DNA of 63,974 nt, the filler included, from Hausera hauseri (Eukaryota): assembly GCA_046269625.1 (NCBI GenBank). It is 12 parts of 12 records of this genome, joined end to end, with 100 filler letters (N's around TTAATTAATTAA, not from the genome) between each part and the next. Parts side by side here need not be neighbours in the genome. Positions count along the whole stretch, not along the records: positions 35,917 to 40,501 come from JBJURY010517348.1; positions 40,602 to 44,817 come from JBJURY010695215.1; positions 44,918 to 49,491 come from JBJURY010522348.1; positions 49,592 to 55,512 come from JBJURY010168086.1; 8 more parts are not named here. One strand, 5' to 3'. The position numbers were made by a program, and so were the translations under genes. This document shows positions 36,871 through 49,699 of this stretch, piece by piece. The notes under the pieces were generated by a model. That model worked only from the letters and a program-made list of their open reading frames with translations. It was not told where the DNA came from and searched no databases. Position 1 is the stretch's first letter. Each line of letters begins with the position of its first letter.

Positions 36871-39800
36871 CGACCATTAAACAACCTAACTAACTAACAA
36901 AAACGACTTAACTTATTTACCTGCAATTAATTTGCTCATTATTTCGGACTCCAGGTAATAACTTGGGTGCTGATTCTTTAAATTGTTTGAAAATAGAAAA
37001 CTACTCGACATTATCCCAATAATCTTCAACAGCATTCAAAGATGACTTCAAATGCCAACAACATGTCAATAGGAGATGCAAATGGTAAACATTTTCAATT
37101 ATTTTTATTCTCCCATTTTTATTACTCGATGGTCGTGTGTGTTTGATTTATATATGAGATTCATAAAAAATTTTGTTCAATAAATTTTAATATCATGAAT
37201 TACCATTTTTATTGATGACGGCTAACAGTGAGATCAAAATTACGCTAACCTGCGAACGATAAGAAGCAACAATACAACAAGAAAGTAATCACCAACGAGA
37301 TTGAAAATATCTTCATATTGTCTGACCATACACGAAAGTTAAAAGATAATTGATTGTATCACGACAGTAATCGAATCGTACTCAAGCCGAAGTATCCCGG
37401 GTGTACAAGGATCCGCAGATTGGAAAATGGGAAATCCGACCATCACGTAATCGGGTTCTGCGTGTAACGGAGAGGTGCTCTGATGATTGAATTCAATTTC
37501 CAAAAGTGTTTTAAAGATTATGACAATTCGATGTGCAAAGAAGAGTCCAATTTATCAACCGATTTAGTCAGAATTCCACTGAAATAATGCAACGAATAAT
37601 CATGATTTGTGCATAGATGTAGTTTGTTGTTGTTGATTCATATGTCAATTATACACATATCAAAGGTCTTAAAACCAATGAATTATAATTATCGATTATT
37701 GAATATTCAATGTGGTACTCGATGTAAGGAAGTAACATCTAATACGATTTATATAAGTACTTTTACTATTATTGGTCTGTATAACGAACCACAGTTTATA
37801 CTTTGAGTAATTTAGTGATTATCCATTATAGAATTTTATTACGGCCCTTCGGAACTGGATTGATTATTATCGTACATTTTTTGGCGTATATTTTATGATA
37901 GATCAAATATAATTGTATAATAAATCATGATTCTAGTGAATATTCACGATGTAAATAACGTAGGTAAAAATCGTAATAGACTCTTCAAATATTTGCTCTT
38001 TGCAAAATTATTGAAATAGACTCAATATTCAGGGCTCATGGACGGAACATGTCATGATAAGAAGATCTATTATAGAAATTTTATGTAATTAATTTATTCA
38101 TACGATAATGTATATAGTAAGGATATCACCCATAAAGCAAAGTCTTCTTTCCTTATGATTATTGGTCATCATCGTAAAAGGCTCTGGAATGGTTCGAAGT
38201 GACGGGATTGAATGTTATATACTTCAACGCCTGATGGATAGAAGACCACCATTAATTGTTGATTGCATAAAATTAACAAGCTCACACTCTATACATTTAG
38301 ACACTTAGCGGGCACCTAAGCTACTTTAGTAAAGAGGTTTAGTGATATATTAAAGGGCTATATACCTTAATATTTAAATACTCAATAATTTGGGTCGACG
38401 AATGGAGATAAATACAATGTGGAATTCTATAGAGTGGAAGATCTCTATTATTGATGAGAATAGTAAGTTTTCAAAGATCGTAAAGCCTTGCCCATGGTTA
38501 ACAATTCCTTACGTCTTCTTATCAGTAATACTTAATAATTTTGGTTATTATGATGTGATCAGGAGACTCCGAACCCCGTAAATAATAATAATTGGCATAT
38601 ATATAAAATTAATTTTGAGAAAGTGTAGTATGCAGGGTATCACCGTCAGGTAGTAAATAACTAAACCATTGGGATTTTAAGAGTAATGATTAAAATAATA
38701 TTGTTTGATTTTTCCGTTATACATGCTTGGCCGTATTTCCCTGAACGTTTAAGATGTATTTTATGCTCTTATCCTCGACCGATTTTTGGGGTTTCACCGT
38801 CCAAAGCGGATTTCGTAAAAAGACGAAATGTATGTGGGTCTGATTTAGAACAACCAAAAGAATTAGATTTTTAAAGTAATCCATATACACGATTACAAAA
38901 TTTTCCAATGTTTGACCAAGAATTGGAATGCCTTTTCGAAGAAATTTAAATTTATTTCTGATACAAATCCCCATACAAATCGTCCCCGGAATCGAAACAT
39001 TGACCTTGTCAATAATCCTTGAAACGGCAAATTCACCAAGCTATAAATTTTATTAATACACTAGAGATGTACATGAACGTTGATATGAAACGAAAAGCAC
39101 ACCCCGAACATTCTTAATTACTTGCTTGAGAAACAAAATTGAGACATGTGGAATTCTCAGTTTATCGTTATGACAAGGTATATCAGCTTGATAGACAAAT
39201 TTCAAATATCACCTTCTAGTAAATCCCAAATATCACCTTCTAGCCCCGGTAGTCAAGATTAGTAAAGCCAAATAGGAATAGAAACGAATTATCTATTCAA
39301 ATTGACCCGATACCCGTAGAAATAGATGGTAATTATAGATGTAAAATTATGAGGTATATGGAGAGAAGAACTTATAAACCTTTAACTCGGGTAACTTGCA
39401 TTAGAGAATATTACAGCTATTAGGAATATGAACGCACCGAGATTAGTATAGATGAAAACCCCTGGTTAAACACTAGGATGAACAAGAATGCATTGTAGCC
39501 TCATGATTAAAGGCGCAGGTATTTTGTTTACCGGACCGCCCTCGGACTCCCCTTCAGATTTTGTTGAGGATCTTTATATGTTGCCTGAATGACGAAATGT
39601 TTGTATTGATTTAATCCTGATTTGATTACATGTAGAAGAAGCATTATCCGTAGAATTAGCAACAGTTAGAGAAAAAATGAAAAAAGAAAATTACGAGAAA
39701 TTGAGTTATGGAACATTTAGATATTTCGTCATAATCACTTTCACATTGTTGTCAAGTTGGATAACGCAAACAGTGAACCAAAATAATAAATCAATGACGT

Positions 39801-40601
39801 ACCCCTGAATGAAACATTAGAGAAAATCTTGATGAAAAGTGTCCATTATGAAATAACATATACAAAGAAAGGCCAAAAATGCATAAAGTTCATAACATTA
39901 AAACGATTACCCCATCAGTATATGATAGGAATTCAAACAATTCACGAACATGATTACGAACGACTTCCAAACCAGCGAAGATATGACTGCGGGCTCAATT
40001 ATTGGAAAAATGAAACGGAGTGTAATAGATGATTCAGGAATATATTTAGTATACTATACGCTAATCAAAAGACAAGGCAATTATTATCGATGGCAAAATA
40101 CCAAAAGTCGAGGTATCATACAAATCCCACATAGACATAAGATGAACCAGGCACAATTAGACGTAATAACAATAAACCAGCTAAAGATAAGATTAATTAG
40201 GTTCAGAAACGAGGGAGGTTGCATTGAAATAAGAACCGAAATTAAACTTGATTATAATTGACAAATATTAATACAAATAAAAGATGTTAAAAAGGGCAAT
40301 TGGAATCTACAAAATGTCGCATGACTCAGGATTACCCACAGATTTGTTGTAATGTCACACGAGGAAAAATTTATGACATAAAATACACTAATAAAAGATC
40401 TTGGAATCGTCAAAACGTTAACGCGTCAAGGACCAAGGACATGTTCAATTTGAAAATTCTAACGAATATGGCAAGGATCAGCCAAATGTCGCGGCACCCT
40501 TNNNNNNNNNNNNNNNNNNNNNNNNNNNNNNNNNNNNNNNNNNNNTTAATTAATTAANNNNNNNNNNNNNNNNNNNNNNNNNNNNNNNNNNNNNNNNNNN
40601 N

Positions 40602-42041
40602 TTATGGTATATACAAATAGGGTTATTTACAGCGTATCGCTCACTAAAGAATCGACAACCCAAGAAACATTTCCTTGCTTCCTTTCAAAAACGCATGTGG
40701 TAGAAACAAGTCATGCGTCCGCCAGATGAAATGGACCGAGAAGAGTGCATTGAAGTGCTTCGCTCCCGCGAACGTCTTGTTTCATTTAGTCAAGGTCTAT
40801 TAATATTACTTAGTTGGGTTGTAATGGTCAAAATTGTTTCTTGTAGCATGTCAAACTGTTGCTGCATCATTTGCAATTGCTGAGTAAAGAATGTTGTATC
40901 TGTAGTTGGAGCACATGTGGTTGCAGCAGCAGCAGGGAGAGAACTGTTAGTATGAAAAATTTTAAAAGATTTGTCAGCCATTATTGCCAGTTTTTCGATT
41001 TCGGTGGATTCGTCAACAACTTTCAGCAAGGCTCTGATTGAGGTGGGCAAAGACGATAAAAAATAACGGCGAATTAAATTCGCGTTATTTGTAGGGGTCA
41101 GTCCTAGCGCGTTGAGCTGTAGAATGGATGTTTGGAAAAAGTCGGATGGCTTTTGGTTCCCTATTGCGTGCTCATTAAAATACTTTTGTATTATAATGTC
41201 AACTGAAGGATCCGTGACATGCAGTACAGCGTCACAGAGTGTCTCATAGGGTGTTGAGGATTGTAGCAACTCGGAGATATTATTAATCTGCTGCCTGACG
41301 TTGGCAGGAAGAAAACTTAAAAGGCTATTGGCTTGCACGAAAGAATCTGTTATGTTGTTAGATTTTAGCCACTGTTGGTGGAATTGGAGCCAAGGTTTAC
41401 TGGAGTTGATTTTATTGCGGAAGAATTCAACACAAGGTAAGTTTAAATAACCTCGTGACTATTGGGAGTGTGGCAAACGATAGACGTTGCCTGTATTCGT
41501 GGATTTGTCATCCGAGCAGGATGGATTTGGATCCGATCCACACCGGATGCGAAAACGGAGGATAAGGTGGATGACTGGACGTTCATGGAATACGAAAGAC
41601 AAGTGTGAGTCGATGGGATGTAAAGTGATACCTCGATGTGTGAAATAGAAGTTGGCAATGTCGAGTGAGAAGGATAGAGAGGTGTACAGTAGCTGCGCCT
41701 TGAAATTGATTGGAGCCTTAATGGTCGTTATGTGTTGATTGTTATTGAAAATAAGGAAGGAGAGTTGCAGAAAAGCAATTTCAGGAGAATAATAAAATGC
41801 AAAAGGAGCTTGTGCGGTTTGCTTCCGTGTTAACAAGAGATATGGGCGTGCAGCCGGGATAGCTGTGGAATGCCGGCTACACCTTTCTACGTGGAATAGC
41901 ATTATCGCATTGTAAGATTGGTGTTTTATTATAATATCTTTAAACGATTGTTTCTGTTTCAAACATGTTGACGTGCGCATGGATGTGGTGAGGACACTGA
42001 TATTCTTCACTGATTTATTCGCAAAGTAACAAATATTCACA
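40602..42041 (-). mobile_element. CsRN1-like Gypsy, copy C (5' part: short LTR candidate, UBL-Gag)
   Basis: Gag 41338-40790 is highly similar to copies A and B. Candidate 131-bp LTR at 41911-42041 (TGTGA...AATAAA...TTACA on minus). Confidence 0.85.
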
Positions 42042-43119
42042 TAAAACTACTATCGTGAATATGCTACAGAATAAGATCTTGTATTTGAGGAACATGGGGA
42101 CAAAGTAAAATTCCTATTAGTTTATATTGATCTGTTGGCATGCTATCCATGTAGGAGTATTTCGATTTAGATGCATTGGTTGCAATTGCGCTGCTGTCAG
42201 TTTTCCGATCCGATTTTGACACAACCGATTTAACACCATGCAGCATATTTGGTCTATTTGTGTTATCAGTCAGAACAATGTAATAGAAATCTGGACATTC
42301 TTGTTGTTCTGATTCTACAGGTGCATCGCATTGGTAAGTCGAATGCTGTATACATATACTAGAAAAGTTCGCAAGTGAATGGACATTAGGCACAAATAAT
42401 TTGGTCTTTATCAGTGGTCGTTTTAAGTTAATATATTTGCTGATCGTCAGAGAGCAATTGTATATCATCTGGCGAATTCTGGTGAATTGGTGCCGAGTAA
42501 ATGGTCACGATTTTTTGCAGTGTCTCTTCAGATTGTCGTTTGCGATTGAACAAAACTGAAGGATTAATTTGTACAAGCCGACACTGATTTGAAGTAACAG
42601 CAGTGTCAGAAGTTGTGGATTTGTCATAAATTTTGTAATTGATACACAATGACCTGTACAGATTAAATTCAAGAGCATCACCTGGGCTGTACTTTATCAG
42701 TTCATCTAATGTTACCTCGTACAGTCGACCTTGTAAATTTTCTGGAAGCTTTGGCAAAACACTCCAAGGTGTAATCGGTGTGAAGTTTTTGCGCAATTCT
42801 TTAATAGCTTTGTTGCTAAATTTCTCTCAGTTCCTTCATATCCAGAAACCGTTGTCGAGACAAACACAAACCCAGAGAAATATCGAGGATACCTATTGGT
42901 AATATGCAGTGGAATGGCCACTGCTTCATCAATACACAATAAATCACAGACCAACGATTCCGATGGTTCAACATAACGAATGACTTGAGAAAGTTTCCCT
43001 CGTTTTAATTCGAATTTCGTTAAGACTTTTGTCTTATTATCAAACTGTGATGAAATGGCGTTTTAGTAATTAACGTGTTCTGAATATACGCAAGTCTTCG
43101 ATCCCAATTTCGCATACTG

Positions 43120-44082
43120 CCATAATGTAATAATGTTTGTCGGACTAAAACCCAACAAACTGTCATTGAACGACGTTTTCGTAACGGGCCAACATAAGTC
43201 ACTCACTAACTTTCGATAGTTTAAGTCTCTTTTGAAAATTATTAACGAAGTTCGTTTGAGATTGTCGTATCAACCTGGACGAATCAACATCATTTTGTGG
43301 AACGGATGAGATAAAATCAGAAATATATTAGGTTGAACCGACATACTGCCTTCAACCTCAAGTCGTTTAACGAATCTCTGACCAAACCACCGACTATATA
43401 CATTATAAGACTCGGACAGCCGTTGACTTGTTAGTTTGAAGTCGCTCTGAGTAACATCTGAGACGTACCATGGCATTAATTTAACAGAGAAAACAACTTT
43501 CCGTGCAAGTTCCGATGACAGAAGAAATTGGACGAGAACTAAGTTCGAAAGCAATTCACTTCCGCTATTGTCAGGAAAAATTGGGACGATAATGTCATAT
43601 TGTTTATGACGAGACAGTCCATAAAGACGATCGAATATGAATTCGGTATGATCAACTAATATTTTATTATTTTCTTCGATTACCATTAGTGGACTTTTTG
43701 ACTTTAATTTTGATTCTTTGTCACTAACCGATAAAGATAAATCAGTTTCATTTCCCCATAAAGCCATTTTCAAAAACAATGCGAAATAAGAATATAATTG
43801 CCGCTTGTCAGAATAATATAAAGAATGAAAAATTGAATGGAGATACTGTGCAAGATTATTATGCAGAACCATACCTCGGTCCAATGTTTCCATTTTTTTA
43901 AAATAAAAAGGATCCAAATCAGCTAGATTACGTCGCAACGTAGCATCAAATACCCGCCGGTACATGTAACATTCACCAAACAAAAACGACGTCTCGTACC
44001 ACGTTAAACCGTTACCCAAACAATTGAACATTTCATTAAAAATATTCAGCTGCGACAGATAGCATGATCTAGGAACTAACAA
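43120..44082 (-). pseudogene. ARMT1: ARMT1/DUF89 damage-control phosphatase, disabled
   Basis: WYETSFLFGECYMYRR, DPFYFKK, ALWGNETDLSL, DNSGSELLSNL, KLMPWYVSDVT. After an in-frame TGA (43270) it continues LIIFKRDLNYRKLVSD (canonical FKGDLNYRKL). Confidence 0.85.
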
Positions 44083-44392
44083 GTAAGCAGAAGACTGACA
44101 ATAACTCGTACTTCCGTATCCACCAAATAAAACAGCAATATTAAGCCATCCAATAACGGTATGCCCATAACGATCAAGTGGATCTTTGGAGTTGAAAGGA
44201 TTTATTTCACTCGTTAGACAATTCCAGCAAAACGTATCAATTTCAAACAGCTTATTGGGGTATTTTTTTACGGATATTATATAAATAGATATTTTCTCAA
44301 AATTAATAAATTCGGAATTTTTGTAACCTCCAAATATATATAGAATATTGTCGCTACAAACAGACCGATGACTTACAACATTTAGAAACAGA

Positions 44393-44777
44393 TTAAAAGC
44401 GTGAAGTTAGGAACAGTCGCAGGGTATCCCACAAACAAAACCCGAACTCACCATATCGTTCCAAATTCCAGAAGTGTACATTTCCGTAAAAATCACTAAT
44501 AAAAAATTGTGTTCCAAAATCCGAGAAATCCATTCGAATATTTCGACGGAATTTGACCATTAATATTCTGACACCATTTGTAGTAGTATGATTCTGATAG
44601 TATAACATACACCGAACCTGTAGAAAATTTAGCCGCTACAGAAAAAGTCAAATTTATCACCCCATTTTGTTGGTGCACGGAAGTAGCCTTTGGTACATTC
44701 CAATGCACCAAAAATGCATTTTTGAGATTTGGTAGTTCACAGTGTCTGTAATACATTGTGAGTAACGATATTTTCAT
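44393..44777 (-). pseudogene. WD40 fragment resembling the DMXL/rabconnectin-3 C-terminus
   Basis: FSDFGTQFFISDFYGNVHFWN followed by FCLWDTL. Confidence 0.45.
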
Positions 44778-45682
44778 TCGTTCTATCGTTCGTATAAATT
44801 TTTAAAGACAAAAGTAGNNNNNNNNNNNNNNNNNNNNNNNNNNNNNNNNNNNNNNNNNNNNTTAATTAATTAANNNNNNNNNNNNNNNNNNNNNNNNNNN
44901 NNNNNNNNNNNNNNNNNCACAAATGAATAAAAAGATGTCAACAGGGGAAGACTTGTTGATCCAGCTTTACATGTTGGAGCCAGAGTCTGACCCAGAACCA
45001 GTCTGAAGAACACCAAATTTTAGTTGGTAAGTTCAGACCTTATTTATCACTTCCGTCACAAAACACTTTGATATAATAGTTCAGAAAATCTCTTAGAAAG
45101 TTGAAAAAAAAGAAAGCTTAAAAATACGACCCAAACACCGGGAGAGACTAAATTCAGCTTTCTGCAATACTAAAGCAAATACGTATATAACATCTAAAAA
45201 TGTGTATGATGCCTGATTTAAATGAAGACTGAGTAACTAATCCTATTCTGTCAAACTGACATAAAATCAGTTTAACATATTGTAATTCAGTCAGTATTTT
45301 TGTTTTGTGTTGCTCATCTCTTGGGAATTATGCAATCAAAGCAGATGCCTCAAGCAGTCTAGAAAGTGCCCCTTGTGAATAAGAGAAAATCTTGTACACA
45401 GCATTTTTTGTATGTGTGTATGAAGAAGGGGGGCATGACAACAAAGCAAATATATGGCATTGTTCTCTGTATCCGAAACTCGCACTCTGCACCTTTTTAA
45501 AAACGTATAAAAGCATCCCACCTGTATTTATAATATTGAGAAAGTGCCATACCATTTACCTCTGCTCAAATGACAATTACACCACTGATGAAATACAGTG
45601 TGTGCATTATTTTCGACTGATGCAATGTAGGTTCAATCATCAATGCAACATGTTTTTTTTCTCTCTTCTAATTTAGCTCTAA

Positions 45683-46815
45683 TTGTCTATATTTGGCAAA
45701 GCGGCACCACAAGTTGTTATTGGCAATGCGGCATTTGAAGAAATCTACCCCGTTGATTCGGTTTCAAAGGATGATAACATTGATATTCAATTCAACATTA
45801 TGGCATCGGACAATGAATACCTGGATTTGAACGATATGCTATTCTATGTAAAAGTCATTGTTAAAAAGAATTTGTCAACGGTTCTCGCTTCAACAGACAC
45901 TGTCACACCGACCAATTACTTTTTTCTCACTCTGTTCCAGGAGGCTTCATTGACTCTGAACAGCGTCAAAATCGAAGGTAACACCAGTCTATACAGTATG
46001 AAAGAATTCATTGAAACGGCTCTGAATTACAGTGCAGACACGAAAACGACTCATTTGACGAAAACCATCGGATATGACACCACTGCAGATAACCATCAGG
46101 CATGGGTGTCAGAATCAAAAGCGCTTACAATGTGTGGAGCGCTGTACTTAGACTTTTTCGATCAGCCGAAATACCTACTGTCCGGCGTTAAAGCCATAAT
46201 TTGGCTCAAACGCAGCGACAATGTCTTTTGTTTGAAAACTGCAGTTGCAAATCTCAAACCCATACTGAAATTTACCGAGACACGATTATACATAAGTCGT
46301 GTAAAGGTAAAACCATCTATGCTCATAGGACATCGATTGGGCTTGGAAACACAAAATATCTGTTACCCATTACAACACACAGAACTCGTCTTTTACACCA
46401 TTCCCAAAGGTTCGATAACGTTTTACAAAGATGAACTATTTGGCGACATGCGATTGCCGAAATTTGTGCTGGTTACATTTCAAACGACTGTTCAACAAAC
46501 GAGCAGTTATACCACCGACTCGGAAACGTTTACCCATAGCAATGTGAATGTTGTGCCAACAAGGGCAGCGCTCCTCGGCACATTTTATTTACCTGTAAAT
46601 ACATTTTTGTTATTATCTTTGTAATTGCCGACGATTTGATACACTTTTGTCGTTTTTATCCCATCGTGCCAAATACAGCTGTGTAGCCTGTGATAAATTC
46701 AATCTGACGAAAATCGAACAGTACATTTCATTACTCAACTATTTGGTTTGGCAACAGGTGTCGGCGTCATGTTTTATTACTGTATATGAGGACACCATGA
46801 AATCAATGCAAGATT
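45683..46815 (+). pseudogene. Polinton/Maverick double-jelly-roll major capsid protein, 3' disrupted
   Basis: EEIYPV, IQFNI...EYLDLND..FYVKV, PTNYFFLTLF, FIETALNY, LDFFDQPKYLLSGV, RLYISRVKV, YPL, LPKFVLVTF, FTHSNV. A C-terminal-like remnant lies at about 46745-46815. Confidence 0.85.
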
Positions 46816-49699
46816 AAATTAGTGATGGGTAATTCGGTACACAATGTTCTGGCAATATTTTGGACTCTCAAAATTATTTGTTTTTATTTATTCTTTCAAA
46901 GATTGTTAGTAGTCACGGACAGAATTGAATTTTAATTACTTTCAAATGTTTTTATTTGTGCCGCATTGTTCTAATCGTGTTTTTCTCGGTTGCTGAGAAT
47001 GTAAAGATATAGTAAATAAAAGATTGAATTTTGAATATGGATTAATAGTTTCTAGAGACATTATTATCCTGTGCTTGCTATGATGAAATCAACGAATTAC
47101 AAAATGCCTTATAACTTGACTAATTTAGGTCGAGTGAGGCACTGCAAGGATTTTTTTGTGAATCACCCGGATAAATTAAAGAAACTACAGCGAGTAACTG
47201 CTAAAAAACTAAAAGAAAAACAAAAGGGAGACGTAGTGCCGCGGTTGCGGGCACAACCTATTTTTTGGTGAGTTGCCCAGCATTACATATCGCCTTTTCG
47301 TCATTGTTCGTCAACGGTCAAGTGATCAATTTCCAAATCCACATCTCGTCAAGAAAACAGAATACTGAAAAGAAATTTTGATACTAATTGGTTTTCTCCC
47401 GAAATAGCAAATTTGGCATCAAATAAAAAATTCTCAAATCATTTAATTATAATAAAGAACATTGTCAAGATTACACCGAATTTACAGACACGTATTTTGA
47501 CACAGGCAATAGCCATATTGCCCCTGGCTGCTTTTCCAATAATTTGTACACATTTAAATAAAAACAAGTGCCGCGAACACTGGGATGGTCAATTTGGCTG
47601 ACTATTTTTATTGTTGAGTTTAAAAAATTCTAGAAAACAGAAAAACGGCAATTGTTCTAACGAAATTAAAAAAACGAAACTAGCAATACAAAATAGAGCT
47701 GCCAAAAGAAAGAGGAACAAAACATAATTGTCATAAATCAGAAATATCTGTCAATCAAAATGTCCAACTGAAATTATGTAGCATACCATTATAAGCCATG
47801 CGATAAATACAACAAACAAACGAGTCATTTCCGTATCTGCCAAGATAATAAACACAAAGTCGATCAAATGTGAGATTGTTAACTGGTCACATAATGTTTT
47901 CACAAAATGAGTTTGAATGAGCACACGAGGACCCATATCTAAGAATCGGACGAAATTTGAATTTTTAAAGTGTAGATTCAGTGCATTTATGTTCGCTTCA
48001 AACAAGACGAAACCAATGAAAGAGCGAAAAAAATGTCGAACTGACCTTGGTTTCAGAAAAACAAAATAGCAACATAATGCATAATATAAACATGTTTTGA
48101 GATAAACCGAATGGCTACTCTAAAATCAAAGTTGGAAATTTCGTAGTCTGAACTAGATGGACAAAAAGAAAAAAGTTTCTTTCCGGAGGCAACGTACTTC
48201 ACCTTTGATGTTGAAATCTCGCAGAGCGCCTTCAAAACATCGAGTAAGGTAGTTCTTATGGACACTGGCATCAAGAAAGTAAGTGTAAAAAGAGCGGGTT
48301 GTCATTGTTAGCAATCAAAGGAGTTAAACTCAGAATCAAGAAGTTTGCACAAATGAGGCGAGGATCGAAAATTAGAAAGCATGCATAAACGTACAAAACT
48401 TTTACGACATTCAATTCCAAGTAGAACGTTTTGATCATCGTGACCTGCTTTTGCTTAATAAGTCAGTTTGCGTTTATCAGGAGTTTCTACAAAAATTGCA
48501 TAACGCACTTCAACTATATGTTGAATCTGGAAGAGAATAAAATATATTTAACACGCACAGTCAATCAATTAGATCGGACTTTACCGATTATGATCATATC
48601 GAGTGCAATCAGTATGATCTGCAGAGATCTTGAATCCATCTAAAGGCCAATTCATACAAGCGATCCAAATCATGATAAGTCAAACACAACAATTACCCAT
48701 ATGTATGAACCAATGTGAACCAACAGATGTTACACTGCTTCTATTTTCTCTTCGGTTCTCACAAATCCTGGACAACCTGAATGCTTTGCATCGGAAAACG
48801 ATGACCTGAGACCAGTGTCGAAATCGGCAAACTAACGTCTAATGCTTGATGCTACAGGCACTTCATTTCCCCAAACTTGCAGCAAATCGTTGTCTACTGT
48901 TTTGCTATTGTCCCCAAGTTGCTTCGTAGTGAACGTGTATATCCGAAACATTTCTTTTGATACATCTTCATTTATCGCAAGTAAATGAAGTTATACCAAA
49001 AATAACAAGTAGAATATCTCGTTGCAGTAAACTTTTGAACTTATTAAAAACTACAAGTTGACTAATCACAGATAAACATCAATCTTTTGCTACTATAATT
49101 GTTATTAACTACACTGATAGTTTACATCCACAAAGCAATATGCTGCCTACTGTCTATCGTTAAACTGTTGAATTAATTTAATCAATATTTAATTATATTA
49201 TTGAATTTCGATTATTACAGTATTTATAAAGGTTTTTTACTAATAACAAAAGTTCACATGATACTCCAATACAAACGGGATTATGTATTCACAAAATATA
49301 TAAATTGTGCAAGGGCTACTTGTGAGGAGGAACTTAAACGAATATTAATGTTTAAATTCAATTCAAAGTTAATTCAATGAACAGCCAATAAAAGTCAGGA
49401 AATTCAAAAAAGGATGAAAAGAAGAATTGTTGGAACCCGACTGAATAGTTGGGTAATCTGGGAAGCATGAGAAAGATAGAGGTGTAGGGGANNNNNNNNN
49501 NNNNNNNNNNNNNNNNNNNNNNNNNNNNNNNNNNNTTAATTAATTAANNNNNNNNNNNNNNNNNNNNNNNNNNNNNNNNNNNNNNNNNNNNTGGATAACA
49601 ACTAGTGCGCTCTGCTCCATTTTGCTGCATACTGCCAGGTCTTATTATTAAGGATAAGTACTTTGATTCTTTTTAATGTTTAGAGTTATGGTTGTCAAA

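Noticed and set aside
39725-39760. HNHFHIVV as an HUH/Rep motif
   Set aside because: Flanked by stops, with no catalytic Tyr motif or helicase nearby. Chance cannot be excluded.
47300-49491. Short ORFs such as 48053-48274
   Set aside because: No motif I can support. May be exon fragments or noncoding.
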